From positions 1-53,691 of the IMG/VR virus record IMGVR_UViG_3300044580_000365: a DNA stretch of 53,691 nucleotides, one strand, 5' to 3'. The notes below the pieces were generated by a model that worked only from the letters and a program-made list of their open reading frames with translations, was not told the DNA's origin and searched no databases. Of this stretch, positions 1 through 8,310 are shown piece after piece. The translations under genes were made by a program, and so were the position numbers. Source of the DNA: a virus. Its lineage: Duplodnaviria > Caudoviricetes. Every line of letters starts with the position of its first letter. Position 1 is the stretch's first letter.

Positions 1-418
1 CTATTCCAGCTGTATGATATTCTTTCCAGTTTTTTATATCAGCATCCATCATAATGCAACCGTATCTCGGCTCACTTGCTGGTTTTTGATGCTGTTCATT
101 TAGCCAACGACCAAATCCCATGAATCCCTCTTTTAGGGAAACTTCTTTATGCTTAAAAGCTGCACCATCATCTGTTTTCATTGAGGGAACATATTTATAT
201 TTTGGGTTTTCTTCTTTGATATATTTCATTAATCTGGAGCCAAATCCTTGTCTCCTAAATTCAGGTCTTACAAAAATATGACTTACTGAAAGCTCTCCAT
301 CATAAAGAACATATTCAACAATACCTACGATTTCCCCATCCAAATAAATACCTGCTTCACAATTTAATTGTCCTGAATAGGCATCAATAACTTCATTTGT
401 ATAGGTTATCTTAGGCAT
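1..418 (-). CDS. Partial ORF (3' end outside window): GNAT acetyltransferase domain followed by a linker and the start of a second domain
   Basis: Translated by hand from the ATG at 418: MPKITYTNEVIDAYSGQLNCEAGIYLDGEIVGIVEYVLYDGELSVSHIFVRPEFRRQGFGSRLMKYIKEE...SLKEGFMGFGRWLNEQHQKPASEPRYGCIMMDADIKNWKEYHTAGI. It contains GNAT motif A (VRPEFRRQGFG) and stays open to the window edge. Not in the ORF track. Confidence 0.8.
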   Translation of the reverse strand, partial: MPKITYTNEVIDAYSGQLNCEAGIYLDGEIVGIVEYVLYDGELSVSHIFVRPEFRRQGFGSRLMKYIKEENPKYKYVPSMKTDDGAAFKHKEVSLKEGFMGFGRWLNEQHQKPASEPRYGCIMMDADIKNWKEYHTAGI

Positions 419-429
419 TTGTTTATTTA

Positions 430-1251
430 TTAAGAAATCGAGGATAAAGTTTTGAGCATTTCTATAACTTCAGGCTGCGGATGTAAATCTGTTTTTGCAT
501 TTGCTGGGCGATAAGAAACATGTGTCCATACCCCTGGTTCCCCGGAAAGAGCCTTTTGAGAAACATCCCACATATCTTCGTTATATTTTACGGGGATACC
601 ATACTTATCTTTCCAGAAAAGAATTAATTCTCCTGCTGTTCTGATTTGTTCAAGAGTATATTTTTCATAATAATTATACCCTCTAAATCCATTTGGATAA
701 TATTGCATTGGAACATCAACTGCATTGCCATAATAAGTATAGTATTTTCCTACTTCAGTCTGAATCATCTTAGGTGTTCCATCAGCTTTCTTACCAAATT
801 GTTTAATTGTTCCATCACCGGGAATTAAGTATCCCCAGTTATCAATTTCAATTCCTATAGATTGACTATCCCTTGCTTTATTTCCTATTCCAAGATGCCA
901 AGCCCAATATTTTGAAGAAAATAATTGATAAGGAGTTCCATCTCTATCAATAATAATAGCGGTTCCTACTACAGAATTATCATCTTCCCAAGTAGCTATA
1001 TCACCGGTTACACCATTGCCACTTACAGTATGATGTAATACAATTTGTTTTTTAGTAAATTCTTCTTTGAAATAATCCTTCTCCGGGAAGGGGACAACTT
1101 TTATTTTATGAAGTTCTATGGGTTTTAAATCTGACCACATATTGGAAATTATTTTAGTTTCAGAAGTAGATGCTTCTGGGGTATGCTCATAAAATTTCCA
1201 ATCGTTTTTAAACGGAAAAAAGAACCAATTGAAAGGAAATGATGATGGCAT
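430..1251 (-). CDS. N-acetylmuramoyl-L-alanine amidase (Amidase_2 family), probable endolysin
   Basis: Zn-amidase motifs IVLHHT, WAWHLG, SIGIEI and WTHVS...KTDLHP. Confidence 0.85.
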   Translation of the reverse strand: MPSSFPFNWFFFPFKNDWKFYEHTPEASTSETKIISNMWSDLKPIELHKIKVVPFPEKDYFKEEFTKKQIVLHHTVSGNGVTGDIATWEDDNSVVGTAIIIDRDGTPYQLFSSKYWAWHLGIGNKARDSQSIGIEIDNWGYLIPGDGTIKQFGKKADGTPKMIQTEVGKYYTYYGNAVDVPMQYYPNGFRGYNYYEKYTLEQIRTAGELILFWKDKYGIPVKYNEDMWDVSQKALSGEPGVWTHVSYRPANAKTDLHPQPEVIEMLKTLSSIS

Positions 1252-1262
1252 TTTTATTTTAT

Positions 1263-1691
1263 TTATTCCATCAATTTTTTCTTTATTAGCCTTTCACATT
1301 TAGATTTCCAATTAGCTCCCAAGGAACTAATAGCTTTTGTTTTTGTGTATTTAAGAATATTTTTATTTTCTATCCAATCATCATCAATATGCCACAAGAA
1401 ATCATCATGGAACTTTAGGAAAGGCCATTTGTCATCCATATTTGTAAAATGAATTCTTTCTTCGGGGATTCCTATGGAATTAGCAGCTTCCTTTAAATCA
1501 TTATTGGTAATATCCACATTGATTGACGTCTGGAAAAATTCTTGATATTTTTTGTTATCTCCAAATCTTGAAGTTACGATCCAGACTTCATATCCTTTTT
1601 CTATTAATTCTTTGGCATATTTCTGAATGCTTTCCCTATCAAGAGTGCCATCAAAATCAATAGAAACCTTTATATTAGACGGGGCTAACAT
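1263..1691 (-). CDS. HAD-superfamily hydrolase (small, capless)
   Basis: Motif I SIDFDGTL, motif II IVTSR, motif IV HIDDD. Confidence 0.8.
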   Translation of the reverse strand: MLAPSNIKVSIDFDGTLDRESIQKYAKELIEKGYEVWIVTSRFGDNKKYQEFFQTSINVDITNNDLKEAANSIGIPEERIHFTNMDDKWPFLKFHDDFLWHIDDDWIENKNILKYTKTKAISSLGANWKSKCERLIKKKLME

Positions 1692-2001
1692 ATTTTAAAA
1701 GTTTTTCTCCTGTCGGAGTGACTATCCATCCTTCTTCAGTTTTCTCTACCAACCCAATTTTTGAAAATAAAGATAATGATATTGCAGCAACTTCTTTTGC
1801 ATCTTGAATAGCATCTTTTATTTCCCCCTCAGAAAGAAGAGGAGTTGCTCCTGTTTCAAGTTTTTTAGTTACCCTTGCTTTAATTGAAGCATATACCGAT
1901 TCTCTCTTCATAAAAGGAACATTGATTTCTTTATCAAATTCCCCCTTTGCTAATCGATCCTTCATTTTATTTAAAAATACCTGTGCGGATTCTGAATTCA
2001 T
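1675..2001 (-). CDS. Hypothetical protein, possible winged-helix-like C-terminus
   Basis: Overlaps the downstream gene in operon fashion. The C-terminus GLVEKTEEGWIVTPTG resembles a wHTH wing. Confidence 0.55.
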   Translation of the reverse strand: MNSESAQVFLNKMKDRLAKGEFDKEINVPFMKRESVYASIKARVTKKLETGATPLLSEGEIKDAIQDAKEVAAISLSLFSKIGLVEKTEEGWIVTPTGEKLLKYVSPV

Positions 2002-2124
2002 AATAATATATTTTCGCTATTTATTTGTTATTATACTCATAAAAGAGCAAAAGATTATTCCTTAACGAGGTTTTAACGCCTGAGTTAAATTCTTAAAAAT
2101 TAACTAAATCTTAACGAGGATATA

Positions 2125-2152
2125 AAAACTATTTCAAGGGGGGTCATACAAT
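2125..2152 (+). promoter_or_regulatory. Class A promoter candidate AAAACTA-N15-TACAAT
   Basis: The same bipartite motif recurs at 7439, 8233, 16258 and 19903. Confidence 0.5.
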
Positions 2153-2195
2153 AAGTGCCCAAGAGAGAAAGAAAGAATCTTCTTTAAGAGAAAGA

Positions 2196-2207
2196 GAATA
2201 AATAAAG
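2196..2207 (+). promoter_or_regulatory. Late-promoter-like motif GAATAAATAAAG
   Basis: Resembles the T4 late TATAAATA element and recurs upstream of many structural genes. Confidence 0.5.
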
Positions 2208-2219
2208 AAAAACTCCTTA

Positions 2220-4337
2220 ATGAAGTTAATTCAAGAATCGTTGAATTTTGAAAGAGGGCAGGATCCAAAGACTTCCTTAAAAATTGGATTTGGAAAATAT
2301 TCCAATGAATTTGGTGATGGAGTTTCAAAAGCACTTATAAAATTAAAACCTTATTTAGACAAATATGGGTTTAAAATGGATGAAGAAGATCTCGAGCCAC
2401 CTATTAAATTAATTTTTTCCAATGATAATGGGGATGATATAAGAATTGCTCAAAGGAATACTTTGGGAGATGGCATTCATGGGGTTCGTGTTGAATTTAG
2501 TCTTCGAAATGGTCTTTTATTTTTTGATCCAACAACTAAATTTGAAAATGAACAGGTAGAAAGGATGGATCCGGAAGAAATTTTCCAAAAGCATTTTGGA
2601 AATCCTATTAAAGAAGGATTAAATTTTGAAAGGGGAAATTTTCCGAAAAAAGCCTTAAAAATAGGAATGACCGAACTTCTTCAAGATATGGAGGAAAAAT
2701 TCAAAAAATATTTTCCCGGGGTAATATCCAGATATTCATATTTTCATCAGGACAAAAAAACCGGGGATGGCGATGTATTTTTTGCTCATCTTCTTACACG
2801 TAGTGTTTTTTGGAATAGAACAGTAAGGGAATTTTTTGAAAACGATCCTTATTTTGAATTAATCTCCTATGAACCCCTGGATGTAAATTCTTCGGGGGCT
2901 AGCGATGATGCTATTTTAAAAATTAAATTTAATCCTAATAAATTAAAGGAATCTTTAAATTTCGAAAGAGGATTGGATCCGAAGGATTCCATGAATATTG
3001 GTTATAAAAAAAGAATTACAGATAAGGTCAGGAATTTATATTTTGATGGGGAGTGGACTAATGAAAATGCTTTCGATATAATACATGCAGAGGAATATAA
3101 AGATCATTATATACTTATTATAAAACATAAAGGGGAAAACAAATTATCTTATATTGGGATCTATGTCAATGATGATAGTCGTGGTTCGGAAACTTCTTCC
3201 CAGGAATCATTTGAGAAATCCCTGAATTTCACTAGAAGAGCGGTAGATAAATTTTATTCCCTTTCACTAGAAGAATCCTTAAATTTCGAGAAGGGACACG
3301 ATCCAATAAAAACACTTAATGTAGGAAGGGATAGAAAAGTTAAAGCTGGGGATCAAATATCTGTTTTTTATAACGGGAAAAATTATATTGTTACTGCTGT
3401 AGATGACGAAAAAGAATCTAAAGGCGAAGTTTGTGTAAGAGGCGGGGATTTTTGTAGAGAACCAGAATTTGAATCCCGAACTTTTAAAAGAGTTTCCATA
3501 AGAGATAAAAACGGAGAGATATTTACAGCCGAAGCGAAGGAATCTTGGGATAATGAAGGAAATACTATTTGGCCTTGGAGAATCGATAAATGGGATAGCC
3601 CTGTTTTAGAATCTATTAATTTTGAAAGAGGAAAAGATCCAAAGGAAGTTATGGAAATAGGAAATGAAGAGAATAGAATACTAGGTAAATTACAGGGCAT
3701 ACAAAGAAAAATAGGTGGGGAGATAAAAATTTCAAGTTCGGATTCTTTTGGCCCAAAAAACAAAATTTATACATTAAAGGATTCTCCAAAATTACAGCGA
3801 GGGGGAAAAATAGAAATTAAATTTTATCCAAATACAAAAGGATATAGTATACTAAGATATTATTTATCCTGTGATATGGCTTATCTTAGCGGAGCTAACG
3901 GAAGCCATTCTGGAAATAACCAAAGGGATGTTTTTAATTACATAGATAGTTGGCTTAAAACCTGGCATGTTATTAATGAATCTGTTAATTTTGAAAGAGG
4001 CATGGAGCCTAAAAAAGCTATGAAAGTAGGTTTAAAAAGCCCTAGAAAATTTGAAAACATTGAAGATTTTACCCATTATATTATTGCAGCTCTTCCATTA
4101 ATATTCGGAGGAAGAATCCCTCATGATATTTTAAGTAGTAAAGAAAATGGAATTATCCCTCAATCATATTTTGATAAAATTTGTTTTTGGCTATCAGATA
4201 AAGGATTTCAGATGCCTAATGGAAACTCTGACTGGGCAAATACAGAAAATACTGATCCAGATTTTATACATTGGCCGGAACCCATTGTAAAGGAGTTAGA
4301 AGATCAATTAGGAGAAAAACGATGGCAACCTTATTAA
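2220..4337 (+). CDS. Putative polyprotein of six tagged domains (candidate capsid-internal cargo proteins)
   Basis: Six copies of [ILV]xE-[SG][LIV]NFE[RK]GxxPxxx[LM]x[IV]G, with the Glu at aa 6, 132, 244, 352, 464 and 587, separating dissimilar 108-126-aa units. Confidence 0.7.
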   Translation: MKLIQESLNFERGQDPKTSLKIGFGKYSNEFGDGVSKALIKLKPYLDKYGFKMDEEDLEPPIKLIFSNDNGDDIRIAQRNTLGDGIHGVRVEFSLRNGLLFFDPTTKFENEQVERMDPEEIFQKHFGNPIKEGLNFERGNFPKKALKIGMTELLQDMEEKFKKYFPGVISRYSYFHQDKKTGDGDVFFAHLLTRSVFWNRTVREFFENDPYFELISYEPLDVNSSGASDDAILKIKFNPNKLKESLNFERGLDPKDSMNIGYKKRITDKVRNLYFDGEWTNENAFDIIHAEEYKDHYILIIKHKGENKLSYIGIYVNDDSRGSETSSQESFEKSLNFTRRAVDKFYSLSLEESLNFEKGHDPIKTLNVGRDRKVKAGDQISVFYNGKNYIVTAVDDEKESKGEVCVRGGDFCREPEFESRTFKRVSIRDKNGEIFTAEAKESWDNEGNTIWPWRIDKWDSPVLESINFERGKDPKEVMEIGNEENRILGKLQGIQRKIGGEIKISSSDSFGPKNKIYTLKDSPKLQRGGKIEIKFYPNTKGYSILRYYLSCDMAYLSGANGSHSGNNQRDVFNYIDSWLKTWHVINESVNFERGMEPKKAMKVGLKSPRKFENIEDFTHYIIAALPLIFGGRIPHDILSSKENGIIPQSYFDKICFWLSDKGFQMPNGNSDWANTENTDPDFIHWPEPIVKELEDQLGEKRWQPY

Positions 4338-4951
4338 TTTTTTTCTAAATAAGTTTGTACTGCCCAATAAGCATCCACTAAATCATCTAAATGATCTATC
4401 CAAGTACCTGTTTTCTTTTGAAATAGAGATGGATTAGAAAAAATTGTCTGTGCAAAGGGACATGAGGTTCGGATAAAAGCATCTATCATATCTTTTTTGG
4501 TTTTCCCTTTTTCTGAACACCCTGCAGTTTTCTTTATTGTGATTGGGGCATAAGTAGTCATGTTTTCAAAGGGAATGCAATTATCAAAAAGATCTCTCAT
4601 AAGCATATACTTATAACCTCCTAATTGAATTCCCATATTTCCCGAAGAATTAAATGATAACCCCTCAAATACTATCTGCCATCTTTTCATATCGCCATCT
4701 GGCAAACTTGTAATAATTAAATCAGAAAGATACATGGAATTTGAAACCTCCCAACGCATTTTTTCTGAAGAATCCTTCCCTTTATATTTTTTATCTTCCC
4801 TATCTATAAGATTTATGCCTGCATCACGATAAATCTTTTTAATTTTATCACTAAGATCAAAAGGCCAAGAATAAAAAGTATATTTTCCGTTTTGGTATAA
4901 ACAAGCGGCAGGTTTATTGATTGAAAAATCAAAACCAATTATTGTATTCAT
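4334..4951 (-). CDS. RuvC-like Holliday junction resolvase
   Basis: RNase H-fold catalytic motifs IIGFDFS, IVFEG, KKTAG..GKTKKDM and DDLVDAYW. Confidence 0.8.
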   Translation of the reverse strand: MNTIIGFDFSINKPAACLYQNGKYTFYSWPFDLSDKIKKIYRDAGINLIDREDKKYKGKDSSEKMRWEVSNSMYLSDLIITSLPDGDMKRWQIVFEGLSFNSSGNMGIQLGGYKYMLMRDLFDNCIPFENMTTYAPITIKKTAGCSEKGKTKKDMIDAFIRTSCPFAQTIFSNPSLFQKKTGTWIDHLDDLVDAYWAVQTYLEKN

Positions 4952-4971
4952 TAAATTAGGGATCTAAAGGG

Positions 4972-5286
4972 TTATCTCTTTTTTATTAATAAGGAGTCTA
5001 ATTGTTTTTGCTGATAATCAATTAATTCCTTATTTTTTATTATACGATCTAAATTCGAAGTAGTATCTATTCTTAAATCCGTGATTCTTTTTTGTTCCTT
5101 TTTAAAATTATCTGTAATAACATTAAGAGTTTCAGATGGGAATGATATTTCTTCAGATTGCAATGCATACTCAATTGTATCCAAAGAAAATGCTAATGAA
5201 TCAGAAGTCACCATCTCAGCTTTTTGATATGACCCTCCGCACCCATAAATAAAAATTACTAAAAATAAAAATACTAGTTTTTTCAT
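4972..5286 (-). CDS. Lipoprotein (possible o-spanin)
   Basis: Signal peptide MKKLVFLFLVIFIYG-C with a lipobox Cys. ATGA overlap with the upstream membrane gene. Confidence 0.6.
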   Translation of the reverse strand: MKKLVFLFLVIFIYGCGGSYQKAEMVTSDSLAFSLDTIEYALQSEEISFPSETLNVITDNFKKEQKRITDLRIDTTSNLDRIIKNKELIDYQQKQLDSLLIKKR

Positions 5287-5546
5287 TGTTGTTTCATATA
5301 TTGAATGATCTGGCCATTTAATTCAGCTTGTTTTTGAAGAGTTTTATTGATCTCTTTTAATTCTGCTTTTAATTCATTAACAGATTCAATGGTTTCTTCT
5401 AAAACCACTTTTGTTTTTGTTTTATTAGAAGTTGAAGTTGCAACCCAGCCAATGGATGTTGCAATAAAAAGAATGATGAATACAACATCTCTAAACTTCT
5501 CCATGAAAAGTTTCCATAAATTCTTTTCTTCTTTTGCAGCTGGCAT
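5283..5546 (-). CDS. Single-TM coiled-coil membrane protein (possible i-spanin or holin)
   Basis: TM segment VVFIILFIATSIGWVA followed by a heptad coiled coil. Confidence 0.6.
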   Translation of the reverse strand: MPAAKEEKNLWKLFMEKFRDVVFIILFIATSIGWVATSTSNKTKTKVVLEETIESVNELKAELKEINKTLQKQAELNGQIIQYMKQQ

Positions 5547-5556
5547 TTGTTTAAAT

Positions 5557-5928
5557 TTATTTTCCTAAAGCTATTCCAATAGCTGTTGTTACTAATCTTG
5601 AAGTTATTAATTTACCTAAGGTTCCATTTTCATCAATACCAAGAGCTTTGCAAATAGCTCGACCAATAGCAGGACCAGCTAAAGCTCCTGCAGCACCACC
5701 AACGAGAGCCCCGAGAAATCCTTCATCTATTTCTTCTCCTTTTTTAATCTTATCAAGAATTTGGTAATAAGCTTTCTCTGCTTCTTGTATCTGGTCGGGT
5801 TCCATATCTTTTATTTCTTCCGATTCAAATATTTTTGAACTTCTAGAATACTTAATATCGTAATAAGTGGGAAAATCGATTTCTTTCGATTCCTCTATTT
5901 GAAGACGGGATTTAGTATTTTCTTCCAT
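5557..5928 (-). CDS. Glycine-zipper protein, likely protease-processed head protein
   Basis: Glycine zipper GFLGALVGGAAGALAGPAIG preceded by the candidate cleavage sites IEE|S, IFE|S and IDE|G. Confidence 0.55.
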   Translation of the reverse strand: MEENTKSRLQIEESKEIDFPTYYDIKYSRSSKIFESEEIKDMEPDQIQEAEKAYYQILDKIKKGEEIDEGFLGALVGGAAGALAGPAIGRAICKALGIDENGTLGKLITSRLVTTAIGIALGK

Positions 5929-5947
5929 GATATTCTTTTATTTCTTT

Positions 5948-6511
5948 TTATATATTATTCTGATTTTGACCAGCTCTTCTCTGAATCCTATATCTATTGT
6001 ATACAAGATTTAAAGAAAAAGTATTAAATTCGGCTGCTGTTGTAGCATAAGATATTTCAAATTGCGATAAACTTTTAGGAACAATTTTTTCAAAAGTAAA
6101 GGCTACTAATTCCATTCCATGATGATCAAGAAAAGAAACAAACATGGGAGGCCAAAATGGTTGCGTTGGAGAATATTCTACAAATTTCTCTATTTGTTCA
6201 AAAAGAATCCAATAAGAAATAAAGCCTTCAGTTAATTTAAAAGTTATAGTAAGATTTTTATCTATAACAGGCTCGAGTTCTTTTCCCCCTCTATAGGTGA
6301 TTCTATACTGATGCTGCGTTTGCTCAATGGTAGGAAGTTCTACAGCGGGAAAATTAATACTTTGAACAGAGGCATTTATAAAATCTTCTACAGTTTCATA
6401 AGGAAGTTTTAATCTCTTAACAACATCAGCCCACCTAGCATGGATTTCTGGATAAAAGAAATTCTTAGGAAATTGAATAACAAATTGATTTGCCAAACTG
6501 TTAAGTATCAT
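5948..6511 (-). CDS. Tail tube-fold protein (T4 gp3 tail completion / gp19-like)
   Basis: Pattern VQSINFPAVEL...NLTITFKLTEGFISYW...FEKIVPKSLSQFEISY...FSLNLVY is typical of the gp3/gp19 family. Confidence 0.65.
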   Translation of the reverse strand: MILNSLANQFVIQFPKNFFYPEIHARWADVVKRLKLPYETVEDFINASVQSINFPAVELPTIEQTQHQYRITYRGGKELEPVIDKNLTITFKLTEGFISYWILFEQIEKFVEYSPTQPFWPPMFVSFLDHHGMELVAFTFEKIVPKSLSQFEISYATTAAEFNTFSLNLVYNRYRIQRRAGQNQNNI

Positions 6512-6539
6512 CTCGAATATATAATTTAAATATATATCT

Positions 6540-7466
6540 ATGGTTTTTATATGTCAAATTTGCCACAAAGATTATCCCGATCTATCCCATCTTTCAAAAC
6601 ACATAAATAATCATGAAATCCCTAAAAAAGAATATTATGATAAGTATCTCAAAAAAGATGGGGAAGGCATTTGCCCTGAATGTGGGGGGCCAACGCTTTA
6701 CAAAAATAAATGGCAAAATGCCTATAAAAAATATTGTTCGGAAGAATGCAAAAAGAAGGGGGTTATAAAAAATATAGAAAAAACCACTTTAAATAAATAT
6801 GGGGTTTCTAATGTTAATAAATTAAAGTCCATCAGAAATAAAATCAAAAAAACAAATAAAAAAATCTATGGAAACTCTTGCCCGATGCAAAATTCAAATA
6901 TTCAAAAAACTATAAGAGAAAATAATTTAAAAAATCTGGGTGTTGAATTGCCATTTCAGTCCAAAAGGATTCAGAAAAAAGGGGCTAAAACTAGGAAGAA
7001 AAAATATGGGGCAAAATATACATATCAATCCCAGGAGCTTTATAATAAATGTAAGAATACAATGATACAAAAATATGAAGCCCCCTTTACTCTTCAATCA
7101 CCTAAGCTTTTTGAAAAATCATTTAAAACAAGAATTTTACTAAAAAAATTTAATAATTCTGATTTATTTTATCAAGGTTCCTATGAATTAGATTTTTTGG
7201 AAAAGTACTATACATTATTAAATATACAAAGAGCTCCTTTTATAAAATATAGGTTTAAAAACAAACAAAGAATTTATTATCCGGATTTTTATATCCTCGA
7301 GAAAAATCTGATTATTGAAATAAAAAACAGATACTTAGCTAAAAGGGATAAAGAACTCATAAAAGCAAAGAGGAAAGCTGTTTTGAGCGCAGGATTTCAA
7401 TTTATTATAATTGTAAATAAAAATTATGAAGAATTTGAAAAACTTATTTCCTCATCATCTCTATAA
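6540..7466 (+). CDS. Putative free-standing homing endonuclease: Zn fingers, KYG repeats and a PD-(D/E)xK nuclease
   Basis: C2H2 finger CQIC..HINNH, CPEC..YCSEEC, repeated KYG[VA] units and C-terminal YYPDFY..LIIEIK. Confidence 0.7.
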   Translation: MVFICQICHKDYPDLSHLSKHINNHEIPKKEYYDKYLKKDGEGICPECGGPTLYKNKWQNAYKKYCSEECKKKGVIKNIEKTTLNKYGVSNVNKLKSIRNKIKKTNKKIYGNSCPMQNSNIQKTIRENNLKNLGVELPFQSKRIQKKGAKTRKKKYGAKYTYQSQELYNKCKNTMIQKYEAPFTLQSPKLFEKSFKTRILLKKFNNSDLFYQGSYELDFLEKYYTLLNIQRAPFIKYRFKNKQRIYYPDFYILEKNLIIEIKNRYLAKRDKELIKAKRKAVLSAGFQFIIIVNKNYEEFEKLISSSSL

Positions 7467-7467
7467 T
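7439..7467 (+). promoter_or_regulatory. Class A promoter candidate AAAACTT-N16-TATAAT
   Basis: Ends about 20 nt upstream of the ATG at 7487; recurrent motif. Confidence 0.55.
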
Positions 7468-7486
7468 TAAAAAATAAAGTGAAACC

Positions 7487-8164
7487 ATGGCAGAACTTGA
7501 AATTAACAACGTTGAAGAATTAAAAGAAAAATTATCCGAAGCTGTTGAAGCAAGCCCAAATAAACCTTCTGAAGAAGAAATAAAAGCTGCAGGAGAAGAA
7601 TTTGAAGCAGCAGCAAAAGCATTTCCCGTAAAAATGTGGGAAATAGGTGGGAATAAAGATGCCCGAGAATATTGTAGCTATCTTTCCCATTATGTAAGGA
7701 ATCGTCTTTTCTGGACCAAAAATGGATGGATGGGTGTAGTTAAACTTGATGAAGAATTAAGAGCAGCTGAAAATCTTCTTAATGGAACTGAGCCTCTAAA
7801 ACTTGGTTATCAGGCTCTTGAATTTGTTTATTATTCTCTTATGAATCCCGGAGGTGTTGGTCTTCAATCAGCTCAAGACTTTGAATCCGAAGGAGAACAA
7901 TATCTTCCTTTAATGGAATCTGTTTCCGTCGCTCTTAATAAAGCAAGAGAAGAGCTTAAGAATATTCAATTCCTTCAAGATAAGTATGCAGCTATGCAGC
8001 AGGGATTTTATCTTGAATTAGAACAAGCACCAGTTGAAGAACCAGGAACTCAGGGAGAAGATCTCGGAACAATGGAAGTTTCATTAGATGAAGAATTAGA
8101 TGGAAATTCGGGAACTCCTCCTACAGAAGAGATAGGAGATCTTTCCGTAGAAAAATCTGAATAA
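7487..8164 (+). CDS. Hypothetical acidic protein
   Basis: 225-aa ORF with its own promoter motif and a downstream hairpin. Confidence 0.75.
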   Translation: MAELEINNVEELKEKLSEAVEASPNKPSEEEIKAAGEEFEAAAKAFPVKMWEIGGNKDAREYCSYLSHYVRNRLFWTKNGWMGVVKLDEELRAAENLLNGTEPLKLGYQALEFVYYSLMNPGGVGLQSAQDFESEGEQYLPLMESVSVALNKAREELKNIQFLQDKYAAMQQGFYLELEQAPVEEPGTQGEDLGTMEVSLDEELDGNSGTPPTEEIGDLSVEKSE

Positions 8165-8182
8165 TTTTAACATTTCTTTAAC

Positions 8183-8213
8183 AAATATCCCTTAAATAGA
8201 GGGATATTTTTTT
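8183..8213 (+). terminator. Intrinsic terminator
   Basis: AAATATCCCT-7nt-AGGGATATTT stem followed by a T-run. Confidence 0.6.
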
Positions 8214-8232
8214 GAAATATGGAGGGATATAA

Positions 8233-8261
8233 AAAACTAATATCCCTCTTTTTTGTATAAA
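8233..8261 (+). promoter_or_regulatory. Class A promoter candidate AAAACTA-N16-TATAAA overlapping a second hairpin (8222-8248)
   Basis: Recurrent motif; the AAAACTA element sits in the loop of GAGGGATAT...ATATCCCTC. Confidence 0.45.
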
Positions 8262-8310
8262 CTTCGTAAGAAAGTTTTTTCAAGAATATATAAAAACAAA
8301 TAATTAAATT

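Noticed and set aside
3190-3240. A seventh FERG tag (QESFEKSLNFTRR) in the polyprotein
   Set aside because: It lacks FERG, the DPK proline and the terminal IG; at most a degenerate remnant
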